Shown here: piece after piece, positions 24,084 through 37,803 of the stretch
Position numbering within the stretch: the stretch's first letter is position 1
Layout of the letters: each line of letters opens with the position of its first letter
Assembly: GCA_010909165.1 (NCBI GenBank)
Contig: MU008158.1
Span: 1,637,478 to 1,701,477 of the forward strand
From: Anthoceros angustus
Lineage: Eukaryota; Plantae; Anthocerotophyta
Direction of reading: 5' to 3'
DNA length: 64,000 nt
The notes under the pieces: generated by a model
What the model saw: the letters and a program-made list of their open reading frames with translations, nothing else
The model's database searches: none
What the model was told of the DNA's origin: nothing
Program-made: the position numbers and the translations under genes

Positions 24084-25265
24084 TCAGGCCTCGGTTTTCT
24101 GCCACTTGAGGGGCTTCACCACCTCCCAGGTGAAGTCGGGGTCGGATCTGCCGAAGTGGCCATAGGCAGCGGTCTTCTGGAACCGCTTGTTGCCTCCTCT
24201 CTTGAGGTCCAGGTTGATGGTGATGAGGCCGGGGCGGAAGTCGAACGCCTCCTTGACAATCTTGAGGATCTCGGGATCCGACAGCTTTCCAGTGCCGTAA
24301 GTGTCCACGAACACGGACAGAGGCTCCGGCACTCCAATAGCGTAGGACACCTGCACAATGGCACGTCGGGCAAGGCCAGAAGCAACGATGCTCTTGGCAG
24401 CCTGCCTCACAATGTAGGCCCCGGAGCGATCCACCTTAGTGGGATCCTTCCCGGAGAAGGCACCGCCTCCGTGAGCTCCCCAGCCACCGTAGGTATCAAT
24501 GATGATCTTCCGACCAGTGAGGCCGGCATCACCATGAGGCCCCCCGATGACAAACCTGCCAGACGGGTTGAGGTGGAAAATGGTGTTCTCATCCAAGTAC
24601 TTCTCCGGAATCACAGGCTTGATCACATGCTCCCTCAAGTCCGCCGCAATCTGGTCGTTGGTGACGCTCTCGTCGTGCTGAGTGGAGATCAAGACGGTGT
24701 GCACCCGCAGCGGCACCATGGCCCCGCCCTCGTTCCTATACTCCACCGTCACCTGCGTCTTGCCGTCCGGTCTGAGCCAGCCGCACACCCCGTTCTTGCG
24801 CACCTCCGTGAGCTTGGCCCCGAGCTGCGTGGCGAGCACGTGCGACAGCGGCATTAGCTCCTCCGTCTCGTCCGTGGCGTAGCCGAACATGTGGCCCTGG
24901 TCTCCCGCCCCGATTTCCTCGGGCTTCTTGGTGAAATGGCCGTGCACACCCTGCGCGATGTCAGGGCTCTGCTGCTCGATGTTCACCAGCACCTTGCAGT
25001 GGTCCGCATCCAGCCCGACGGCGTCCGACACGAACCCGATCTCCCGGCACGTGTCCCGCACGATCTTCTCGTAGTCGATGTTGGCCTTGGTGGTGATCTC
25101 CCCGAACACCATCACCATATTGGTCTTGGTGCACGTCTCGCACGCCACCTTGCTGTCCGGGTCCTGCTCCAGGCAGGCATCCAGCACCGCGTCCGAGATC
25201 TGGTCGCACAGCTTGTCCGGGTGCCCCTCGTTCACCGACTCGGACGTAAACAAAAAGGTCTCCAT
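24084..25265 (-). CDS. SAMS: S-adenosylmethionine synthetase, 393 aa, intronless CDS with a 5'-UTR intron ending just before the ATG
   Basis: [37 protein letters not shown]. Acceptor GTGCAG|ATG at 25266 and donor CAG|GTGAGA at 25393. Confidence 0.97.
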   Translation of the reverse strand: METFLFTSESVNEGHPDKLCDQISDAVLDACLEQDPDSKVACETCTKTNMVMVFGEITTKANIDYEKIVRDTCREIGFVSDAVGLDADHCKVLVNIEQQSPDIAQGVHGHFTKKPEEIGAGDQGHMFGYATDETEELMPLSHVLATQLGAKLTEVRKNGVCGWLRPDGKTQVTVEYRNEGGAMVPLRVHTVLISTQHDESVTNDQIAADLREHVIKPVIPEKYLDENTIFHLNPSGRFVIGGPHGDAGLTGRKIIIDTYGGWGAHGGGAFSGKDPTKVDRSGAYIVRQAAKSIVASGLARRAIVQVSYAIGVPEPLSVFVDTYGTGKLSDPEILKIVKEAFDFRPGLITINLDLKRGGNKRFQKTAAYGHFGRSDPDFTWEVVKPLKWQKTEA

Positions 25266-26298
25266 CTGCACCACCAGATCCGCCACACTGACACTCCATC
25301 AAGAAACCACACCACAACAACAACAACAACAACACCACCAACACCTTGTGCGACAACATCAACACCTTCTGCTTCCCCTAGCCGGCATCTCACCTGGCCC
25401 GGATGCCTGGACCGGAACGCCAAGAAAGCCGCTACGCTGCGCTCCCGCACGAGGCCTGGAACAGGAGGAGCCCGGGCAGGAAGGCGCGGGCGGGAAGCAA
25501 AGCGACGGGGAGAAATGCCTGACTCTGCGAGAACGTATACCGCCCTGCTGCTTATCAACGGGCAGGGAGGGAGACTGGCTTTAGGGCGTACGCTCCCTGG
25601 CTGCAGGGAAGGCTGTAAAAAAGGTGGGCAGGACTGGGTAAACCCAGTCAATCTGGCAGTCGCCTCAACGCGCATCGCTGCCGTCCAGAGCGGGGCGATC
25701 AGCGGGTCGCCACAGGTTCAACGAACATAACCCTAAACTCGTACGCCGGGGGACCTAGGGTTTGGCGTGCGACTGGATCGTGAGGGAGAGGGGGCGGTAA
25801 CATGCAGCCTGCACGATAGCGGGCAGCAGCGCAGCAATTCGGGAACATGCCACGCTTTTACAGCTGTACACGCGGCCATGGCTCACAATGTAATGGCACC
25901 ACGCTGCTCCAGCGCCTGGCCAGCTTGCTTCCAGCTTCCGTTCCGTGTGACTTTGTGCTTTACACTTTACAACAGCCCTGGATGGGATCGGACGCAGCTT
26001 CCGCGCATGTGGGCATTATTGGGGTTGATGCAGGGCTCGGCTGGCTGCTGCCTGCCAATGCTGCAGAGGGCAGGGAGTCCCCATCCACACCCCCGGGACA
26101 TTACAATGTACATCCGCATCCAATCAACAAAGGAAATTTTATTGCGTACCTATACAACAAGTAGGGAATTGTATGTAAGGAATTGTCTATGATCTACATA
26201 TCTAGCAAGAAGCCCCCTGCTGCGGGAGGGAGGGGGTACAGAAACGGGGAGTCTCTCTCTCTCTCTTCTACCTCGCTTGCTGCTGGGAATCTTCGACT

Positions 26299-29200
26299 TC
26301 ACATCAAGCCGTTTTCCCACAGGCCGTGGTTCCAAGCAATGCACTTGGCTCTCTTCTGGGGGCTGTGGAAGTTGGGCTCCTTGGGGACGGTAAGTCTCTT
26401 GGAGGATCTGCTCAAGCGTTTTCCCAGGAACACCAACCAGTGTCAGACACAAGTTGAGTCCAGTGTCAGTCTGCATCCAAGTGGCGCAGGTGGGGGGACA
26501 GCTGACCTGCGGGGTTGGAAGGGATGGTCGAAGTATGGCATGAGTTGTGCTTTGGGCACCATCTCCTGTCGCAGTCTCTTCACTTCCTCCTCCTCTGAGA
26601 TCTGCAGCAGCATCGGTTTTGTGAGTGTTTGGCGGATGTGACAGGTGGGCCGGGGCAGAGGGGCAGGGGCACTTCGGGGAGACGAACCTGTCGGAGCCTG
26701 TCCTCCTCTCGTCGTTGAAGCTCGTAGGAGTGCTGGCCCTCCGCGATCTGAGAAATGGGGTGGAACCATATCGGCGCCAGAATCAGAATCAGAACCAGAA
26801 GCATAACCATCAGGTGGTTCAGTTGCAGGAACCCCTGTCCCACTACCGACAAACCTACAGGTGGGTCCTGGTGCTTACAAATTTGTCGAACTCTGCTCGA
26901 TCCAGGGCACGGACTGTGCTGTTCAGCCGGAACTCTACAGGCTTGGTTCCTTCCTTCACCGGAGGCTTGGGTACAACCTGTGTGGGTCACCGGATCACAC
27001 ATGGGTTAGGCAAACCAGTTCCATTTTTGTGCAAACCAATATATCTACTTTATGTGATTGTGCGGGCGGAGTAGGCGTACCTCTGGCTCGTCGGTCGTCC
27101 ATGGCAGCCCACGTGCTATAGGGATCCTGAGGCGTGCCTCCTCAGCAAACATCTGCCCCACCTTTCGTATAAACTCCATCTCATGGATGGCCCCCCTTTC
27201 CTGGAGATGCAACGCAGTGTCACACAAGCTGCAGCCACGCAAAAAGCACCCAACAATCTGCTGCCACACTCCTTACCTCGGTCTGCAATTTGAACGGTTG
27301 AGGGACGCATGCCTTCACCCTGCGTTGTTGAGATGAGGATGGGCTCAACTTCTCGGAAGGGGACGCTAGGCCGATCGTGATGTTGTCCCGTCTCTTCTGC
27401 CAACAGGATAGGTAAGCAAACCACGGACTTCAAACAAGTAGATGTGGACTGGAACGTCTCCGGGAACTCACACTCACCTTGTTTCTTGACCTGTTGACAG
27501 CCTCACCGTCTGCAGATAAGCTCATGCATGCCTCCCTCTCCTCTTTTTTCTTTGGTGTTTCGTCGTCCACAGTTCTTGATGGCTGGTCGTTTCTGTGTAC
27601 TCCTTCAGGGCTCTCGCTCGTCTGTCCCCTAGTACACGTCTCTGCTTCCTCATTGAAGCCAAAGGTTACATGGCACTCCTCTTGTAGCTCTTCGTCCACG
27701 TTTGTTGGTAACTCCTCATGGTCAGCGCTGAACATGTCAACAACACCAGCATTTTCTGCTTCATCTCGACTCTCAAGTTTCCCTGTCCGTGCATTGTCCT
27801 CATTTGTATCCGTCTGTTCGTTTTCTTCCCCGTTTACTGGTGATTCCTTCGCAGTTGCGTCCTGGAAAAAGTCGCAGTCACCTACGCTTCCTGTAAAGTT
27901 CTCCCCTGTAGGACCCTCAGCCAGATTCTTTGATTCATGCAGTTGACGTGCATTGTCTCCATCTTTTGGCTCATCTGGTTTTGACGACTCCTGATAAACG
28001 GCCTCCATGGAGACTGCAAATTCTCTGTATATAGCTTCAAGCTCAGAAGAGCGAACATATGCACCCCTCCCTAAATTACTATCTGTCGGCCGCGTTTCCT
28101 TCCTTTCTTCATTCTGCATGCCAACAGACATTGTCTCCCGTTCCTCACCCTGCATGTCAACAGACATCACATCGACGTCTACCCAGTCTGTAGACGAAGA
28201 TGCTACAGTCTTTTGAGAGTCGCTGACACCAGGCTCTTCTTCCCCTGACCGTGGTCGAAAACTGAATGTCCGACGTGCATGCCTTGGCAGCTGCGGTTCG
28301 CACTCTGCCAAAGAGATAACCTTCTCGAAAGCTTCCACCAGAGTGCGGACTCTGCCTTCACCATTAAGGTCAGAATCTGCAAGTTCCTTAATCATGGCAT
28401 CGTCGATTCTCCACTCGCTAGATAGCTTTCTGCGTGACGGCTCCTGCCGTCTCAGCGCATGGTTCTCGTTACCTGGCACAGAACAGCCAATGCTTCCCTT
28501 CGTCCGGCCCCATATCCGTCCTGTCAAGTAATTCCCCACGAGAGATGGGCGACCACTGATATCAGGCAGCAAGTCCTGCTCGAAATCAAAATCACCATCG
28601 GTCTCTGCAAAACGGCCAACCGAGATCCAGGATTCACGTGGACTTGCAGCTAGTTTGGCATCCCACATTGCCCGGAGAAGCCCGAACCCTTCAACCACAT
28701 CCGAAGCAGGACAATCAGCACCGTCACCCTCGAAGGAGGACCTTGGAGGCTCCCAAACCAACTCCTTGTCGCAGCTCCTCTCTGCAGCCTCCGCGTCCTG
28801 GACTATATCCAAAACCTCGCCATTCATGACAGCATGTTCCTCTTCAGTGTCCCCTATTGCCGCAGGCTCCATTTCCACCTCCAAGTCTCCAGGACACTTC
28901 CCGACATCGCAGCTCCTTGCACCATCTTGAGCCACCTCCAAGTCTCCAGGACACATCCCAACATCGCAGCTCCTCGCACCGTCTTGAGCCACCTCCAACC
29001 CTCCAGGACACATCCCAACATCGCAGCCCCTCGCACCATCTTGAGCCACCTCCAAGTCTTCAGGACACATCCCAACATCGCAGCCCCTCGCACCATCTTG
29101 AGCCACCTCCAAGTCTCCAGGACACATACCAACATCGCAGTTCCCCGCACCATCTTGAGCCACCTCCCCACCTTTCTCAACTGGCTCAACCACACAGCCG

Positions 29201-29826
29201 CTGCCCGACTCCCCACCAACCCCAGACATCTCCACACAACCCAGACCCTCGTCACAAGATGGAGTCCGACTGGCAGAAACATCAACATGCAAAACTCCAT
29301 CTCCCTCCCCAGCAACACAAACACCGCCCTCATCCTCAGCACCGACGTCACGACTCAGACAACCCGCACTGTCCTGCTCATTTTCGTTCTCGTTGCCCTG
29401 CAAGGCCTTGCCCTTCCCAGGCGTGATCCGGGGCCTGTTCAGGCTCTCCTCCAGCTGCTGGTGCAGCAGATGGCGCTTGGACACCAGGAACTTCCGGGGC
29501 TGCACAGCTGCAGGCACCGCGTAGTCCGGGTCGTTGGCAGCGCATCTGGCGGACCTGCAGATATGCTTCCTGCCGGGAGTGTACGCGCTCCCGCAGCTCT
29601 GCTCCTTGGGGGCCTTACTGCCACTCCTGGGCACCGCAGGACTGTCGCAGGACACCGAATCGTATGCCCCGGGCGAGGCACCCCGCTCCCGCCTGGGAGA
29701 CGGGGCGAACAGCTGCCTGGACGCCTTCACGGGAGTCAGACAATTCTCCCCTTCCGCTCTGGCCTTGGACGCCCTCCCGCCAATGAAATTGGGATCGCAA
29801 TTCTCCGTAGCTCCATGCTTCAACTC

Positions 29827-29857
<31 letters not shown>

Positions 29858-29982
29858 TGCTTGGAGGGAGTTGGAGTCTTGGGCTTGGGATTCCCCCCTG
29901 CCTGCCTCATCTTGAACGCTCTGGAATCCACCAACACATTAGACTCGGCCCCAGCGCCAACGGAAAGCCCCACACTCTGCAT
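26299..29982 (-). CDS. TPX2-domain microtubule-associated protein (MAP20/MDP60/TPXL-like) with a long acidic N-terminal extension
   Basis: 3' exons encode QPFKLQTE, RIPIARGLPWTTDEPE, VRALDRAEFD, EEEEVKRLRQEMVPKAQLMPYFDHPFQPR and RLTVPKEPNFH; TGA at 26299-26301; large first exon 29982-~27477. Confidence 0.85.
28876..29167 (-). repeat. 57-bp coding minisatellite x5 (EVAQDGARxCDVGMCPGDL)
   Basis: Period of 57 bp, in frame within the TPX2-like ORF. Confidence 0.95.
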
Positions 29983-31429
29983 GATACCAGCAAGAAGCCA
30001 GGGCTACAGGAAAACCACTGTGCTACCATCTACCTACAGCCCTACAGGCCAACAGAATTCATGGCAGGAATGCAGCACGTATTATCCACAATCCGGCAGC
30101 CCAACTCCTGAGCTGGGAGCACAGCAAGCGGGAATGACACACACTCAAATCTAAAGCCAGCCACAGCAGAAACGGCCACAGCTGAGACAGTGCAGCAATT
30201 GCGAAATCCGCAACCGCACACAGCGCAAATTGGATGGAGGAAGAGCGGGAGATGCCCGTGATGAATCCAACCAGGCAGTCGGGAATGGGAGAAGCAGCAA
30301 GCAGAGGGGACGGTAAGGGAGGCGGGAGAAGCTCGGTAGCCGAGGGAAGGGCCAAGTGACCGTTGCGATAAAGCAGGAGCAGCACACTTGTTTCCCTGCC
30401 GTCTCCAACGGCGGTCCAACGGGCAATTCACGTCTTAAAACACCTCGCTTACCACAAAATTAATTCATTACGTACCTGCAAAACCTCGTTTATCTCTCTT
30501 CTCTCCTTCAAGGAAAGCGCCTCTTCAAAATTCCTTGCTCTCTCACACTCTCGCCATCAAGTCACTACCTACCTAAATAAACACACAACTCAAGCTCAAC
30601 CTTGAGGTAAATATTGAATCCTCTAGTCTTTGTAATCTAAAAGTTATTGCTTTTAGTACACTCACTACTTATATTGATAGTGGTTTGGCAAAAGTTTTAA
30701 AATGAAGAAAAATAGTTCTAGAATAAGAGCAGCAAGTAAGCAACAAGTTCACAAGAAGACTGACAAAACGATTACTATCTTGGAGGCCATATTATAGGAA
30801 GAGCTTCTATATTATAGGAAGAGAAGCCCTTACAAGGAAATTAAGTCTATTTAACACTTCCAAAAAAATTATAAACTAACTAAAAACCTAAATCTACTTA
30901 ATAGATAGTTCAAGACTGTACAACCTAAACCTAAAAGAGTATTATGTACTTGTACTATAACATGGATTGTGTAGTACTATTTTAAGCATATTGGAACTCC
31001 GCACTTCATCGCCCTCGGGCTAGGGATGAGGCTCCTCATGTTTAGTGTAATATCATCTAGAGAGGTGATTAGTTTTCGTTAAAGGTTGTACATTTGTCAT
31101 CCACTATGTGCAGGCTCCCAACTTTCATTCGTGAATTCTTTGACGCAAAACTACCCTCTCAAAAAATGAAAATGAAAAAGATGGAAAAGCCGATATACTT
31201 CATGATGTTTAGAATCATATATCTCCTCCTATCTTGGCCACATTAAGGATGGTTTGAGCCAAAGCTCAAATTTGGAGAGCAACGGAAACTTCTTATCAAA
31301 GGAAAGCCATCACAATGGACAAAAGAAGCCAAAGCCATCACAAAGGACAAAACAAGCCCACTCCGCGTCTCTATGACTAATATGTCTAGCCTTACTTCGT
31401 GTCTATGTGACTAATATATATGGAAACAA

Positions 31430-32240
31430 AACTAATCAATCTATTGAAATGAAAGAATAGGAAATTCATCCATGGATTACCCTACCTCGTCCCAAGATGA
31501 GTAATATGCCTTGGCGTACGACTTAATAAATCTATTGAAATGAAATACAGTACAACTTAATAAATTTGTTGAAATGAAATACAATACAACTTAATCAATT
31601 TGTTGAAATGAAACGCACAGATTACACGAAATTGAAATATGGACTCGCAAATTACGATCTCGCAGTGAGATTACTTTTCTTTTTAATTGTTGATTTCAAA
31701 GACGTCATCGATATATTAAAGTGTACATTGAAGCCCCGCACAAGGGTTTCATTCAAATGTAGCCCCATAGGGCTCTTACAAGAGGTGGCCCTGCACAATG
31801 TGCGCGGACGATGGCAAGATTTTTCTTACAAAAGACAGTGTGCGGGGACTAGGGCAGGATTTCTCTTACAAGAGGTGGCCCTGCACAATGTGCGGGGACG
31901 ATGGCAAGATTTTTCTTACAAAAGACAGTGTGCGGGGACGATGGCAAGATTTTTCTTACAAAAGACAGTGTGCGGGGACTAGGGCAGGATTTCTCTTACA
32001 AGAGGCGGGCCCGCATATTGTGCAAGGACGAGGGTAGGATTTCTCTTGTACTAAGGGCAGGATTTCTCTTACAAGAGATGTAGCCGCACATTGTGCAACG
32101 AGGCAGGGTTTCATTCTGAACTAACCCCGTAGGGCTCATTGTATGAGAATGAGGGTAGGATTTCTCTTATAAGGGGCGGCCCCGCACATTGTGAATTTCT
32201 CTTTACAAGAGACATAAGTTGTACGACCAAGGCAGGATTT
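31430..32240. repeat. Degenerate tandem repeats: ~32-bp TTGAAATGAAA units (31430-31612) and a complex GATTTCTCTTACAA...GTGCGGGGAC array (31780-32240)
   Basis: Recurring cores visible directly; no TE protein recognised. Confidence 0.75.
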
Positions 32241-33514
32241 CATTTTGAAGTAACTCTGTAAGGCTCTTACAGCAGGCAACCCCATAAGGCCATGAAACAA
32301 GGGATAGGTGGCACTCCATCTTGAAATTGATCCGTCCGCAGGACCCTTGACTGTTGAGTTTCAATAAACTCATGTCTGGATGTCACTCCTTCAAGAGAGG
32401 ACCAATACGTGAGATTACTCTGCACAGCCCACCCTACTTCATGTCTAAGTTATTAATTTGTCTTTGCACATGACTTATTGCATGTTATAACTAGACATTA
32501 TATTTACAAGCAAAAGCTTAGAAACAAGAGACACATAAGGCCTTAGCAAAAGATATGTGCCCTAATAACAAAACCACATAAGAACATTTCAACAACTCAA
32601 CAGTAGAATGACAACCTCGATATTCTCTAGTTTGCCTCCAGCCTTCAACATGGGGCTTGGAACCAAATACCTTTGAGACGTGTGACAAGACAGCATACAC
32701 CAATAGCAACCTTAATCCCGCTTTCTCATCCAGATAGCTAGGAATGGTAATTGCACATGAGCGATTTGCTCCGGATCTTTGTTTCTACCAAGAAACTCAT
32801 CTACAACCATTCTTCACATTCTAACTTATGAGGCCTGGTTCTTTTGTATTCTCATGGAAGTGTTGTATTGTAGATTCTCATATCAAACAAAGCAGTTTTC
32901 CTTGGCCCAGATTTATTTTCCCTTCAAAATAACATGAAATAAATATACCCAACTCACGTGGAGTGTGGCTGCCCAACGCACTATCACGATTGAGATCAAA
33001 TTCAAAGAAAACTAATGCAAGCATCGGGGCCAAAGAGCGGATTGGCGCATGACTTGGTAAACTTATTAAAATAAATATAAGAATTAAATATTTCTGTGAT
33101 TATGTTATGTGTGCTTCGACATGGGTGGTAAGTAGGCCTTTTCACATCCCTGACCACGAAGTTCTTCGAGCGGTTGGTATTTTTGAAATGCGTGATCGTG
33201 GGGGCTAGTCCCCGTAGCATGGTGCCCCTCGTTGGGTTTTTCCCCCTTTGTTTTTAGGGTGGATGAGTTTTTCCATCTCTTTTTTATAATTAAGTCTTCT
33301 TTTCCTTGTTATGTGCACTTAAGACTTGTATGTGTAAATGTTTTTATTTGATTTCATATTTTTAGCATGATAATCTCAGTATACACCATACAAAACTATG
33401 AAACACCCTTGATCACATTATTTATAAATACTATATTGATATAATTTTTATTCTAATATAAAATATAAAATACTATGAAACTTAATTCATTGATTTGTTA
33501 AACTACTTATACTA

Positions 33515-34268
33515 TTATACTCCTATTGCAGTAGGAGCAATAGTAGGAGCAGTAATAAGAGCTGATAAAGAATCTCTATTAGTAGATGGGTTTGTAGGCA
33601 CCTCCGTTGAATGTGCTGGAGTACTTTGATTAATTCCTAAGTAGTCCTGAATCACAACAAGTGTGAAGTGCCAATCGACTAAGATAATTAGCTCATGAAG
33701 GTAACTTTTAATGCGTAGCATTTGAAGATCGTTCTGAGGATCTAGTTCACGAACAAAGCTCCTTGCCATTGCAGCTAGACCAGGAATATGTTGCTGATAT
33801 TTATGCTCAGCTATTTCCTGTTGAAAATCTTTATGCTTATGCACAAGGTTATATGTATAAAATTTTGTACTAGTCTCTGCAGAAAAAATGAAACAAGACG
33901 TACCTTCTTAATTGTAGACTTTAGAATCTTGCCATTTGCATCTATTATCATCAAGCCCAACACATCCTAGCGAAAAGGAGATACATAGAAGTTACAAATA
34001 TCAACAAACAAGATGACTGAAAAGGTAAAATATAGTAATGAGAGATAACATGATTTCGTAAATAATACAAATGCTATTTCACCCAGGTTTTACCTTAAAA
34101 CCATTAATCCTTGCCAAAGCTTTTTCAGCATCGGCCTACATACAAATATGAGCATACTTAAAATGAAATACCAGTAAGATCTATTTTAACCTGAAAATCT
34201 TAAAGGAAGATGTAAAAGTTAGAAAACATATAGATATGTATTCACAATGGTAGGCATAAACCTACCAT
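33515..34268 (-). CDS. DYNLRB: Dynein light chain, Roadblock/LC7 family, 4 exons
   Basis: Spliced M|ADAEKALARINGFK|DVLGLMIIDANGKILKSTIKK|EIAEHKYQQHIPGLAAMARSFVRELDPQNDLQMLRIKSYLHELII; the VR(D/E)LDPQNDL..LRI signature is present; phase-0 GT-AG introns. Confidence 0.85.
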
Positions 34269-35289
34269 ATTCTTGAAAAGCAAAAGGTATACAAAATTTC
34301 TTTGTAGATTATATTTTAAAGATGATCAATTTATTTGAAAAGAAGCCCCAAAATCACATGTAGATCGAATAATTTGAATGCCACTAGTTTAAAACCTCAA
34401 GAAGAAAAAATTAACATATAATAGATTTTTTCTAATTTGGTATTTTGAAAATAAATCAAAACAACCCCAGGGGAGAAATGGTCAGCAACATTAACATATA
34501 ATAGATGACAAGTTTGACTCTTGTTCACTATTAACACATTCGCACCTAATAAACATAAGTTTCTATTAAAAATTATTTTTATTTTAAAAATACCTTTTTA
34601 ATTGAACTATGTGATTGCATATAATCTTGAATTCATTGTTACAAAACTCCTAGAAAATTTTGGAACCTGTTTTATATAATAGGACATAAATACTTGTGGG
34701 CATGGTACACTATAACCCTATTTGATGTTTGACGTTTCTTTTAGGTGATGCTATATTTTCTGTGTGATATCTGCTACATTTTTGTTCATGGTAAGTACTC
34801 CCTTATATTTATTATTAATAATAAAATAAATAATAATACCTCCGTTCTTATTAGACTATAGAACATTTCTTCTTCTTTTACTTCTTTGAAAGGACGAGAA
34901 GAAGAAGAAATATTTTAAGGTATTTAACATATAAAATATGATGCATAGAATCTCTAATATTCAATTGATATTATTTATTAGCTCACATGATCATATATCA
35001 CTAGATATTACATACATAAGAGGGGTACCCATTTTTATACGTCCGCAGCAGGTACCTAATATATTTTAATGATAAATTACTTGTATCTTTTAAAAATAAA
35101 CGACATTATTTCTACCTACCCCATTCCCTCGCTTTATGAAAATCGGGACTCATATGTTTAAATCGACCAACACGGCTTTTTACGAACCTGTAGGAGTACC
35201 TCGTTTGCGCGTTGGCGCCACGGTCCGGGGCTTCGGACGACGCCCGCAGGCGGTGCTTGGGACCAAATTTTGTGGAGTGGATGCGGAAT

Positions 35290-36510
35290 ATGGAAGAGGC
35301 CAATGGATTTGAGAAGATGATTCTTCGACCACGAGGGTCTGCTCAGGTGATGATTTCTCAGCTGTTCCTCAAAGGTGTTTCAGCATTTGGAGAACACTGG
35401 TCATTCTACTGCCTGGTGGTTATGTGGCAGGCCTCGGCGCATGAATTTGTTCTGGAAGAGCTGGAGACTGCAGCCTCGGAGCAGCTGAATGGAGTCATTC
35501 AAGAAATGCGAGACGGCTACCATGAACCGGAGTACGAGCACCTGGAGATGATTAGGCAGAAAACTGACGCTCTGTTGCAATCTACTCGAAGTGCTGCCGC
35601 CGAAGTGAAGGCCATCGTAGACGGTAAGCTTTCTGGTTTGATCTCCGATGCCAGAGCACTAGTGGCTTGTAGTGATAGTCAGTCTCTTGTTTGTTGTTGG
35701 CTGCAAGTTGGTCTTGGTAGATGCAAGGGTTTATGAAGCTCAACTGATGGACAGACTTGGAAGAGCAAGTGCGCGTGGGGGAGGAAAAGCTTCTGGCTAC
35801 AGAGGCGGAAGGTCTTGCTGATGAGGAGAAAGAGCTGATGGAAAACAGCCTGGCCAGCGCACGGGATGCTGAGAGAAAACTGCGTGCAGAAGCGAGATAA
35901 GTCCGCAACTTTGCTGTGATGCTTCAATTCTGCGTGTTAGGTATGCACTAGAAGCACATTCCATTAGGTCGACTGTAGACTGCGGTTTCTTTGTCTACTA
36001 ACGGTGCGGAGTGGAGGCTGGTGAATTTTGCACAGTCATTGAAGAGCACGTGGAAGCCCTAGGCGAGCAGCTCGCATCAATCAGCAGGCAGAAGGAGGTC
36101 CTGAGCAAAGTCGACACGGAGCAATTGCGAACGAAGTAAGTGTGTGCAGAGGTGTATATAAACTGCGTATGAGTGTTTTGCTCGCGACAGTGAGCCACAT
36201 CTACCTGGTATGTCATGCAGGAGGGAGCTATCGCTTTTTTTGCAGCTGACGAAGACCGTCCCACACAATGTTGGCAAGCCACACGATGGATTCATCACTG
36301 GAAGTATCCTTTCTCTCATCATGATGTGTGCGAAGTTTTAGAGATGTGAAGCCTGTTTCGATCCAGCACTCGCTCCTTTACTACCTCGCAGATATCATTA
36401 TCGACAAAGAAAGGGACAAAACAGAGGTGTTCTGTGTGGATACCAAGAAGCATTCTCCCTTCGAGATCAGCAACTACCTCTGGGCCAAAGTAACTCAAAC
36501 CGATAATTAG
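35290..36510 (+). CDS. SPC24: Kinetochore NDC80-complex subunit Spc24-like, multi-exon
   Basis: Coiled-coil exons, then RELSLFLQLTKTVP...FITG/NIIIDKERDKTEVFCVDTKKHSPFEISNYLW, a typical Spc24 C-terminus. Start could be 35281 or 35290. Confidence 0.7.
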
Positions 36511-36687
36511 CAGAAGTGTGTCCTTGGAGGACATGCAAGGAATGCTGAACTAACTGAACATCGGCAGCGGACAATGCGTCCAGGTTTCTACTAATCCCGT
36601 CGAGGCAAGGCAGGAGGCGCATTCCCTTGTTGAGAGTGGCTCTGAGTGTGAGACATTGATGCAGACGATTTGTGCCGTGGCACCAGT

Positions 36688-37522
36688 TCAGAGACCTTTG
36701 AGCAACTCAGAAAAGCCTGTGAGGTTGGACCATCTCTCCAAAGCCGACGCCGAGACGACGAAGGCGCTTTTGGAGCTGTCCGCTTCTTGCTTGGACACTG
36801 CAAGGGACCAAGGAGCGCAACGTCATGGACCGCCTAAACAGCAACAGGTTGGAGCAAGAAGCGACGAGAACCGGAATCACACATACCTGCAGTCTGCAGG
36901 TCCGACAAAGCCGAGGTAAACGTGCTGGCTTCGGTCACCTCCTCAGGGCTAGAGCTCACCTGCACAAGCCAAGGGACCCCGAATACACATGAATATTTCT
37001 TGCACTTGCAATGCCGAATTGTGAGCTGTCGGATCCAAATAACAGCCGGTAGCGCACCTTGGACAGGGCAGCTTTGACATCACTTATCCAGGCCTCACCG
37101 GCGCCGCTGAGCAGGCTGTTGGCCGCGGGGAAGTCACTCCCATCCAGAGCCTGCCCCACCTTACTCAGCTCGTACACGGCGGCCTGCACCGACTCTGTCT
37201 CCTTCTGCAGCGACTTCACCTCCACCCGCTTCTGGATCTTCTTCTGCCTCCCGGCCTTCACCTTCTCCAGCAAGCTGTCATCCTCGTCGGCCTCCAGCAG
37301 CGCGAAGGCAGGCTCCCCCCGCAGAGACAAGAAGAGGGACACCCCGGCCCCGGCTCCCGCCACCAAATCCCTCCTGGACAGGCTCCCGTTCGAACCTCCC
37401 TCGCCACCCTGCCGGCTCTGCTCGCACCGCACGGACACGCAAGCCCGCGTCGCCGGCCGGGACGCCCTCCGGGTGCAGGAAGCGCAGGACAGCGGCGCGC
37501 ACACTCCGATCGCGGCCGCCAT
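36688..37522 (-). CDS. MPH2: Thylakoid lumenal 16.5 kDa protein (TL16.5/MPH2-like), 3 exons
   Basis: Bipartite transit peptide with a twin-Arg motif (LSRRDL) and AFA cleavage site; LEADEDDSLLEKVK, VYELSKVGQA, C-terminal SKSAFVVSASALERWSNLTGFSELLKGL*. Confidence 0.85.
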
Positions 37523-37803
37523 TGCGCTGAGCACGCACTCCCCGAGCTTGTTCCTCCCGAGGGGATAGAAACGTGGTCGCGCCCGAGCCCCACTAGCAAT
37601 GCCACCAAGCAACCGCCACGTGTCAGTCAGTCCGTCCCGGCTGGGATAAGCCCTCCCCTCCCAAGGAACGAAACCATCCCCGCCCAATCTGTGCGGGCAA
37701 GCTTGGGATGGCGCCATGCATTCTCTGAAGCGGCTGGTGTCGGCCCACGCGCTGCAGCGCGCGCAAGCTGCAACCTTTTCCCCAGCCCGGCCCGGTGCTG
37801 GCT
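37523..37803. promoter_or_regulatory. Putative bidirectional promoter between MPH2 and PheRS with G-box, I-box and CCAATC motifs
   Basis: The start codons are 281 bp apart, head-to-head. CCACGTGTC at 37616-37624, GATAAG at 37645-37650, CCAATC at 37684-37689. Confidence 0.55.

Noticed and set aside
25729-25763. Telobox-like motifs (AACCCTAAA, TAGGGTTT) upstream of SAMS
   Set aside because: Common short motifs; function cannot be supported from sequence alone.
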